26,076 nt of DNA from a virus (lineage: Duplodnaviria; Caudoviricetes). Position numbers and translations under genes: made by a program. The DNA lies in the IMG/VR virus record IMGVR_UViG_3300025635_000139, positions 1-26,076 of that record. One strand, given 5' to 3'. Positions 19,601 through 26,076 of the stretch are shown here, piece by piece. The notes under the pieces were generated by a model. The model did not search any database, was not told the origin of the DNA, and was given only the letters and a program-made list of their open reading frames with translations. Position 1 is the stretch's first letter; each line of letters begins with the position of its first letter.

Positions 19601-21049
19601 TAAAACTAAATCACAGAAGGCTTTACCTAATCCAGAATTGGCGTATATGGATTTAACACTACTAAATGTTTTCCCGCTATTCATTTTAATATTAAATAAA
19701 TATACTTTATATTGTGCCGTAGATTTGCCAGGAATTCCGCTGTAATACAGAATAGTTCTTATATTAGCAGTTCCAATTTCATTACCCTGAACTGTTCCTC
19801 CGCTTAATTGACCAGTGGAAACGGACGCCTGTGTAGTATCTCTGAGACTAACCCCAACGTTGGTTAATTGATTAATATTAAATACCCCAGAAAATTCAGA
19901 AACATAAACATAATTACCAAAGTTACCAGTGATAGTCTGACTTTCTACATATTCTACATCATTGCCTTTTCTTACAGCAATATTACTTTTATCATTGAAT
20001 TCTACTCTATACCCATGAATATAACCAATACCTTTATCTACAACAGCATTTAAATGTGTAGTATTAGCCAGATCATCTGAATATTTTATTCCAGTAGTAA
20101 CATTGAATGGAGATACAACATAATTACCACTTTCTTCATATGTTCTACGGGCTAATTCATTTCCTAAATTAGCATATTGTGGATCAGTTAAAATACGATT
20201 TGCTTTACCATCTACAAATGTTGCTATTGTGAAGAAATTAGTAGTATTAGTTGTGCTGACACTATCTGTAGTTCTAACCGATAGTAATGGAGTTAATTTT
20301 AATCTATGTGATCCAGGGGCATTGTAGTTAAATGAACCTTGTGCATTATCAAGTAATGATACATCTATTTCAGGAGTAATAATTTCTTCTTTAGTTGTAA
20401 ACCCAATAGATACATTATTTGGATTAGCATCATATTTAGACACTACTATATTTTGTTCCGCAACTCTAATAAATGTTCCCTTGTGAAAAATTTTCCCATC
20501 AGAAATACTAGCAACAAATCCATTACCAGTTGGTGTCATTGATGAATTAGCAACTGTAACTGTGGCAAAATTAACATTAGCAGATGTGTATACAGTTAAA
20601 GTATCATCTGCATTAAATATAGATTGTTGCGTTCCATTAGTATATAAACCACTATTAGTATATTTAATATATAAAGTTTTTAAATCTGGGCTGCTGCCTT
20701 CTGACCCTTCATATGAAGTTACGACATATGCATATAAATTGCTTGTGGAGCGTAAATATTTTCCATCTAAATCTATTGTTGAAACTGCCGCTCCATTTTG
20801 ATAATTATCTGTTAATTTTAAATAATTAACATTAGTATCAAAAGATAGACTACAACCATCTATAACTGATCCGTCAACAAAAAGATGTCCACCTAATTTC
20901 TCAATTTGATCCTGTTGGATTGATTGCATTTGAGTAAGCTCACGAGCCTGAACAGCCGTAGCAGGTCTAAATAAAAGTCTATAATAATTATTAGTTTCAT
21001 CGAAATCGTCATAATATGGGACTTTATTTAAATCAGTTTCTAATGGCAT
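16676..21049 (-). CDS. Large virion structural protein, VrlC/DUF4815-type (N-terminal and central part)
   Basis: TDLNKVPYYDDF...LFRPATAVQARELTQMQS, NAPGSHRLK, LARRTYEESGNY, RFTMKDIGTLEQRVNRLEYYTTLSLLE, RFKNGFLVDSF. Confidence 0.85.
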   Translation of the reverse strand: MPLETDLNKVPYYDDFDETNNYYRLLFRPATAVQARELTQMQSIQQDQIEKLGGHLFVDGSVIDGCSLSFDTNVNYLKLTDNYQNGAAVSTIDLDGKYLRSTSNLYAYVVTSYEGSEGSSPDLKTLYIKYTNSGLYTNGTQQSIFNADDTLTVYTSANVNFATVTVANSSMTPTGNGFVASISDGKIFHKGTFIRVAEQNIVVSKYDANPNNVSIGFTTKEEIITPEIDVSLLDNAQGSFNYNAPGSHRLKLTPLLSVRTTDSVSTTNTTNFFTIATFVDGKANRILTDPQYANLGNELARRTYEESGNYVVSPFNVTTGIKYSDDLANTTHLNAVVDKGIGYIHGYRVEFNDKSNIAVRKGNDVEYVESQTITGNFGNYVYVSEFSGVFNINQLTNVGVSLRDTTQASVSTGQLSGGTVQGNEIGTANIRTILYYSGIPGKSTAQYKVYLFNIKMNSGKTFSSVKSIYANSGLGKAFCDLVLESGLAVLKETNLSSLVLPLGKRAVRNLRNSSSAPDDYVTQYNFRSANNFTFTQSQSSVGVLSIPTTGVGTSGQELPYSGGTLSATSELDFMIIATNSANTANLNGTVSTSGNVITGTGTFFANTSSDLYLEAGDFIYVANSTTAELRQITVVNSNTSLNVNTAFVGTFPAGAKVMRHIPAGSVVNMTKPTANIIVVSTSSANIYLGTTLNKDLDATAYYNLRRETAVGASKVINKNRFVKININTSNTTGPWSLGLPDIHKLRGIYQGNSTSTYGEYSTSNKNAMNNFTLDDGQRDDRYELGQIYLKPGYTLNSTDRLLIEVDHFTHSRSSGVGFLSVESYPIDDANTSNTSAITTQEIPLFTGSNGIKLDLRDSIDFRPIKANTANSATLANTATENPSNTAYYAIASGGAYSFTPDQEFTTDFSYYVGRIDKLYVDTKGNVGVKEGIPSISPRTPSDKQNSMTLAVLDIPPYPSLPYNLSVSYKRPDYAVNLSVQQTKRFTMKDIGTLEQRVNRLEYYTTLSLLETATKQMKILDGSGNDRFKNGFLVDSFNDILVSDTDSVEFQNFSPGYDFENSEIVPRQMMNWIDLMISPGSNTAVTTYDRYVNNKSDTTNKVTMLSADQAELVSQPVASKLRKVSEGTVFTFKGGIILDPPGNHKIDVTTNPALTADLATLGNVKVANHVLIGSSYRVESGISGIENNLSAEVVPSQASKTFSTGNYVQDINITPYLDPILIKFYGFALKPNTIVYPFFDNVNVSIFCRQTSDTYTPTGTYGGQLKTDSTGSIYGLFYLPKGIFLSGERIFKLIDVINVVTSSDTITSEASAIFFGSNIDISKSSLNIQSQPNDINLSSTLTKTSLNTPISDSPTIIPPTQYQNGVVSRDQQQTYLINSQATPPTATPEIDGYVNSQEISYSYAMVNAEDGPGYVTFVNLSGSADVAWAYALLGHDVSGWTQIPDGYTLPDGTSSEGG

Positions 21050-21059
21050 TTAGGTATCC

Positions 21060-24000
21060 TTAAAATTTAATCAACAATCTTACTGTTTCTTTAGTAGTTG
21101 GAGTCCGCTCAATATATTCTCTATTTTCTATATATAATACCTCACCACTATCTCTTACTAATTCGGGATAAATAATTGTATTACTTAGAGATACATATCC
21201 ATTAGCACCAGAAGTTACTCCAACAATATAATTAGTATTACTGATAGCCCATGTTCCATCTACATCAGAAATAACCAATACTGGATATACTCTTGATACG
21301 GCAGAATTCGCACCGGATGTGCTGCCAGTAATGAAATATCCACTTTGATTACTAAATTGTCCGCTAATATTTGTCAATTTCATATATGTTGAATTAGCAA
21401 ATCTCATTATACCTATAGCTTCAGATGTATTTTGAGTTATAGTTTCATTCTGAGAAAATGGTATAGTATTTCCAGTAAAGGTTAAATCTATATCATCCAC
21501 GTTAGAATACACAACAGCATCACCTAATTTGCTACCAATAACATAAGACCTCAATTGAATCGTTTCATTATTTTGGAATGATTGAGTATTGGACGATAAA
21601 GTAATTCTACCTAATTGAGAAAATCTAGAGAATGTTGTTGGTTTAGTATTTGACGCTAAACTAAATCCTGCTGAATTTGAATAAGTATTGGTTGATGTAT
21701 CATAAATTGTTTCTCCAATAGAGAATGTTCCTGATGCATTAGTAACTTCAATATAATGATCATCCCTAGCAACTAAAATTCCTTTTGCCCCAGTATTTTG
21801 CTGATAAATTACTTGTGTTCCTGGGTTCTTCTGAAACACATTTAATGTATGAACTCTCGTATTACCAACTGACCCCGACTGCAATCCTAAAATAGAATCA
21901 TTTGCATTATTAGCTGCAAAACTTCCTCTTATATCATCAATGTATAACGTTGTATTGGTTCCATTCTCAGATACTAATAATACTCTGGCAGAAGAATCTG
22001 TATTTGCCTGATATATGATTTCATCATTTAAAAATGATCCAGTGGCATTATTGACTATTAATGTTGCTCGTTTGAAATTGGAATTTGACGTTGGAGTTAA
22101 TATAGTAACATCATCAAATAAGGGATTTTTAATTAATCCCACGGTTCTATATTTACCATATCCAGGAAAATCATATGATTCATCTGCTGCATTATTAAAA
22201 TCTGTAGAAATCATAATATAATTGGCACCTAATTCCATAATAGGATCATACCCATGACCATTAACTGGACCAATACTACAAATTACATTAGCCCCATTAC
22301 CATATGTTGAATTAGCAGTAATAGTAACATTCGCCTCGGTATATCCTGTTCCCTGATCTATAACTATAATTGATTGGATACTATAATTAGTGGTATTAAC
22401 TACCGAATATGCTAATGCACCAGAACCATCGCCGTCAATATTTACTCTAGGAGAAATTACATATTCAGTATCTTCATCTGGTAATGAAGATATATTTCTT
22501 ATTTTAGCACTACTACCACTAGACGTAGTTATTTCTGCCCCTGGTCTAAATGTTCCAGTAGTATCATTAACAGTTATAGAAGGTCTAGCGGTTACAGTAA
22601 CGACATTTGCAGTAGCAGAGGACGTATATCCAGAAACAGTAAATGTTACAGTTGAATTTGTTGCCTGAAATCCTGGACCCTGAATATTAGATAAAATTAA
22701 TGTTGAATTATTTGAAAATACGACTGTTCCATTACTTGATGTTCCCGGCTGATTAACACTTTCTCCAATAACAAACTGTGAGCTTCTATTACCTATTAGA
22801 ATTTTAACGCTATTTAGATCAGAAAAAATAGTTGTGCCATATGCAAATCTACTATCAACTACACTTACCGTAGCCGCAGATGGAACTTTATAAAATACAT
22901 TTGCTGAAAATGCTGCATCAAATCCACCATCGGATGATCCAGAAATAGTTAAACTTGTATTACTTTGAATTGAAACAACTCTTCTGAAATAATCACCAAC
23001 TTGGATATAATGTGGTAAAGTTGCCGTGGGGAAAAATGTAGAGAAAAATGTTCCATTGCCTGTTACTGTATTAGATGAAGTATTACAAGAAATAGTTCCC
23101 GTTCCTAATATACCACTATCACCGAAAGTAATAGGTAAATCAGCCACGAAATTGCTCTCTGATAGGCTTATGCTAATAGATGTAGGTGTGGCGCGATAAA
23201 TAGTTCCAATGGCACCAGTGACGCTCTGTGTGACAGTATCGCCAACATCCGCCGCACCAGCTAGATATGTTAATTCTAATGCATATGCATCTTGTGTTAT
23301 TAAATCACCAAGAAGAAAACTTCCGCTTGTGTTTGATACTTCTAAATTGAAAGCAATGTCCAAATCATTTTCTAATATTACTGTCTTAGTGGTTCCATTA
23401 TATGACACGATTTTTTCTATCTGGCCAGCACCTAGACCATTCTTTAAATATATGGCAGAGTTAGTATAATAATTACTATTTCCTGATGCATTTGCACTAA
23501 TTACTAATTCACTAGAACTGACAACACTCTGTAAAAATCCAGTATTAAATGTCGTCCATAATGATCCGCCTGATTGAACCTTAATAACATCTATTCCACC
23601 AGGAATAGCAGACTGTTGAACAATAGTATTAGCAATTACTGGAATATAATTTCTGGTTGAAAATTTAAGCATATCACTATTATCAATAGTATACATGTAT
23701 TTCCAGACATAATTATCACTCGTCTTAAAAATTGCATTAGATACTAATGTTGGTTTTATAGTAGAAGCTAATCCATTATTATTATCTAAAATTTTATACA
23801 CTCTTTGTTCTGGTGTAACAACGAAAAATGAGTTGCTGTATAAATCAACATTGTCTTTATCATATGCATTATAAACTGTATTTGAAACCCAATCATATCT
23901 TGGTATCATATGTTTTACGTCTGTCGTAGTAATCTTTTTACCAAATATAATTTCATCATATATCATATGTTCTATAGTAGAAATTGTAGTATTAGTTGAT

Positions 24001-24134
24001 GGTGGATTTTGCTCATCATCCCAGGGCGTATGATTAGATGCAAACATATAATAATTAGTATTTGTAGATAATAATGAATCTACAAATACTTCAGCATTAT
24101 TTATCATATGTTTTTTAGTTAATTTTCCTGCCAT
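21060..24134 (-). CDS. g8: Baseplate wedge subunit (T4 gp8-like), greatly expanded by inserted modules
   Basis: N-terminal KKIT..DVKHMIPRYDW, RVYKILDNN, TSDNYVWKYMYTI; GHGYDPIMELG; C-terminal SGEVLYIENREYIER...ETVRLLIKF. Confidence 0.85.
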   Translation of the reverse strand: MAGKLTKKHMINNAEVFVDSLLSTNTNYYMFASNHTPWDDEQNPPSTNTTISTIEHMIYDEIIFGKKITTTDVKHMIPRYDWVSNTVYNAYDKDNVDLYSNSFFVVTPEQRVYKILDNNNGLASTIKPTLVSNAIFKTSDNYVWKYMYTIDNSDMLKFSTRNYIPVIANTIVQQSAIPGGIDVIKVQSGGSLWTTFNTGFLQSVVSSSELVISANASGNSNYYTNSAIYLKNGLGAGQIEKIVSYNGTTKTVILENDLDIAFNLEVSNTSGSFLLGDLITQDAYALELTYLAGAADVGDTVTQSVTGAIGTIYRATPTSISISLSESNFVADLPITFGDSGILGTGTISCNTSSNTVTGNGTFFSTFFPTATLPHYIQVGDYFRRVVSIQSNTSLTISGSSDGGFDAAFSANVFYKVPSAATVSVVDSRFAYGTTIFSDLNSVKILIGNRSSQFVIGESVNQPGTSSNGTVVFSNNSTLILSNIQGPGFQATNSTVTFTVSGYTSSATANVVTVTARPSITVNDTTGTFRPGAEITTSSGSSAKIRNISSLPDEDTEYVISPRVNIDGDGSGALAYSVVNTTNYSIQSIIVIDQGTGYTEANVTITANSTYGNGANVICSIGPVNGHGYDPIMELGANYIMISTDFNNAADESYDFPGYGKYRTVGLIKNPLFDDVTILTPTSNSNFKRATLIVNNATGSFLNDEIIYQANTDSSARVLLVSENGTNTTLYIDDIRGSFAANNANDSILGLQSGSVGNTRVHTLNVFQKNPGTQVIYQQNTGAKGILVARDDHYIEVTNASGTFSIGETIYDTSTNTYSNSAGFSLASNTKPTTFSRFSQLGRITLSSNTQSFQNNETIQLRSYVIGSKLGDAVVYSNVDDIDLTFTGNTIPFSQNETITQNTSEAIGIMRFANSTYMKLTNISGQFSNQSGYFITGSTSGANSAVSRVYPVLVISDVDGTWAISNTNYIVGVTSGANGYVSLSNTIIYPELVRDSGEVLYIENREYIERTPTTKETVRLLIKF

Positions 24135-24143
24135 TATTTTATC

Positions 24144-26075
24144 CTAATAATTTCTAATTTTACTATAAGTGTTTGAACTATAACTATTTAATATAGCTGT
24201 ATCTAATTCTAAATATGTATTATTAGCTATATATGTAATGTTTCTCTCATAGCTATCAATTTTAATAACATCATTATTAGCAAAAAATGATGTAAATACA
24301 GTATTATTACCCGTCACAACATTTGAAGTTAGACAGGTAACTGTTCCATTACCAATCAATTCTAATGTGCTTTCTATTAGTTCACTTTCATCATCAGTTA
24401 ATGTTGTGGTTAATAAAAACTTACCGAACATTTCAGTCCCAATAGGATGAACTAATTTTCTAACAACATCATTATATCTATGATAATTAATATCAGATTG
24501 TAATTCATATGAATACTCCTGATAATATCTACTATCCTGAATTTTCTTATCAGAATTTAAGAAACCTCTAGTAGATTTCCATTCTCCCTCTGCTTTACCC
24601 TGATTTAATACTAATGCTCTACCAGTCACACTAAATGATGAACCAGATTTCTGCATATTTACATATTCACCGGGTTCATAACCATATCCACTATCAACTA
24701 AGGCTAGACTTGTTACAACGCCATCAGCAATACCTGCCGTGGATGTAACTACAGCATTATTCCCTTTAATTCCTCCTAAGTCTTCTATTTGTAATGATGA
24801 CATAGGATAATAATTAAGGGTAACAAATGGATTTAAACTATATCCCGATCCAGGAACTATACTATCTAAATATTGAATTTTCCCAACTTCATTTAATTCA
24901 TAATTTAATAAATCATTAATAATAGTATTACTAGTATCACTTACTCCATTAAATGAATATACTGAATAGGTAAGAATATCTCTAACATAATTGGTATTAA
25001 TACTCACATATTCAGTATCATAAATATTACCAATTCTGAATGATGCTCCTGTTCCGCCACCTTCAATATCAGTAATAACACCAGAACCCGTATTACTACC
25101 TCCACTTATAGAATATACATAACAATTAACACTTGAAGCATCAGTAATAATGATATTATTTGCTCTAGTTCCAGTATAGAAAGATTGGGTGAATGATCCT
25201 AATGTATCAATTACTATGATAGATGTGTTATTAGTATTGGTTTCAATTGCTCCAATAATTCCATTAGCAATTTTAGTTGCCCCATTATATTGACTAATTA
25301 CATCGCCTACTGCAATATTATTAACAGTATTAGCTAATTTCCCAATGTGCATTAATAATGCTGTTTTTATAGAACTACCAACTGTAAATCCACTAGAAAT
25401 TTCCTTAATAATGACTTCATTGCCTGAATTAGTATACACTATTCCATTAGCCAAATTATCTGCCTGATATAATAATTGTCCAGATGAAATATTATTATTT
25501 CCTGATGATAATGTTAATGTAACTCTAGGATATATTATTGGAATAGCGGTTCTAGAATATCCTGACCCTGGGGAAATTAATTTAAAATTTACTTTACCAT
25601 CGGAGGGTATCGTATTTACAACTCTAGCTTTACCGGATTTGCCGTTACCAGAAATATCAAGAATATCACCAATAGAAAATTCTGCTCCACCGTCAATAAC
25701 ACTAACCCCTGTTAGAGAACCTAATATTTTAGGGATATTTTCAATGTCAGTAGAATTAGCAAATCTAATATATTCCCCTCTATCAAAAAATCCATTTACA
25801 TTTGAAATAGTTAAAATTTCAATAGTTTTTCTATTGACAACTAATTGTTGATAATTTTCAATTATGGCAGATGCCCCACTACCAATACCTATAATTTTTC
25901 TGTTCACATATGTTTGTAAATCTGGAACATATGAGACTTCAAGATATTGTGGAACATTCCATTCTCCATCAGAGAGACGTAATATATCTCTTCCTGGTAA
26001 ATATACTGTTACATCCTTATCAAATAGGGCGCGGAAAAGAATATCATATGATTTCTCATTTCCTTTATTCCTATA
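24144..26075 (-). CDS. g7: Baseplate wedge initiator (gp7-like), 5'-truncated by the window edge; frame stays open upstream of the called start at 25907
   Basis: Manual extension gives YRNKGNEKSYDILFRALFDKDVTVYLPGRDILRLSDGEW; C-terminal RGFLNSDKKIQDSRYYQEYSY...KLVHPIGTEMFG; sits upstream of gp8. Confidence 0.8.
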   Translation of the reverse strand, partial: YRNKGNEKSYDILFRALFDKDVTVYLPGRDILRLSDGEWNVPQYLEVSYVPDLQTYVNRKIIGIGSGASAIIENYQQLVVNRKTIEILTISNVNGFFDRGEYIRFANSTDIENIPKILGSLTGVSVIDGGAEFSIGDILDISGNGKSGKARVVNTIPSDGKVNFKLISPGSGYSRTAIPIIYPRVTLTLSSGNNNISSGQLLYQADNLANGIVYTNSGNEVIIKEISSGFTVGSSIKTALLMHIGKLANTVNNIAVGDVISQYNGATKIANGIIGAIETNTNNTSIIVIDTLGSFTQSFYTGTRANNIIITDASSVNCYVYSISGGSNTGSGVITDIEGGGTGASFRIGNIYDTEYVSINTNYVRDILTYSVYSFNGVSDTSNTIINDLLNYELNEVGKIQYLDSIVPGSGYSLNPFVTLNYYPMSSLQIEDLGGIKGNNAVVTSTAGIADGVVTSLALVDSGYGYEPGEYVNMQKSGSSFSVTGRALVLNQGKAEGEWKSTRGFLNSDKKIQDSRYYQEYSYELQSDINYHRYNDVVRKLVHPIGTEMFGKFLLTTTLTDDESELIESTLELIGNGTVTCLTSNVVTGNNTVFTSFFANNDVIKIDSYERNITYIANNTYLELDTAILNSYSSNTYSKIRNY

Positions 26076-26076
26076 A

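Noticed and set aside
25905-25907. GTG start called for the 587-aa ORF
   Set aside because: The frame remains open to the window end and encodes conserved gp7-like motifs upstream, so the true start lies outside the window.
4647-26076. Numerous plus-strand ORFs (e.g. 7479-7925, 12542-12937, 13670-14293)
   Set aside because: All are antisense shadows of well-supported minus-strand genes, explained by codon bias and repeats, with no recognisable motifs.
1-26076. Alternative genetic code (stop-codon reassignment)
   Set aside because: Conserved genes are full length under the standard code with high coding density; the one split gene is interrupted by TAA codons and has its own RBS.

Overview
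The window is an AT-rich segment of a large T4-like (T4-superfamily, non-Tevenvirinae-type) myovirus genome carrying the virion morphogenesis module, entirely on the minus strand. In transcription order: gp7-like baseplate wedge (truncated by the window edge), enlarged gp8-like wedge, a VrlC/DUF4815-type structural protein apparently split into two in-frame genes, a small conserved ORF, a 1250-aa repeat-rich fibre, a 109-aa beta-rich protein, an uncalled 40-aa ORF, neck gp13/gp14, tail terminator gp15, terminase gp16/gp17, sheath gp18, tube gp19, portal gp20, a gp67-like core protein and a truncated small ORF. Most notable: (i) a 104-codon extra domain in the gp67-like gene bounded by an exact 15-bp direct repeat encoding a putative prohead-protease site (INE/SK); (ii) in-frame fission of the VrlC-like gene; (iii) two small beta modules reused across several virion proteins; (iv) many small-residue-Asn motifs in outer virion proteins; (v) higher-order tandem repeats and a domain duplication in the fibre. 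Family assignments rest on recalled motifs and synteny; no database searches were run.
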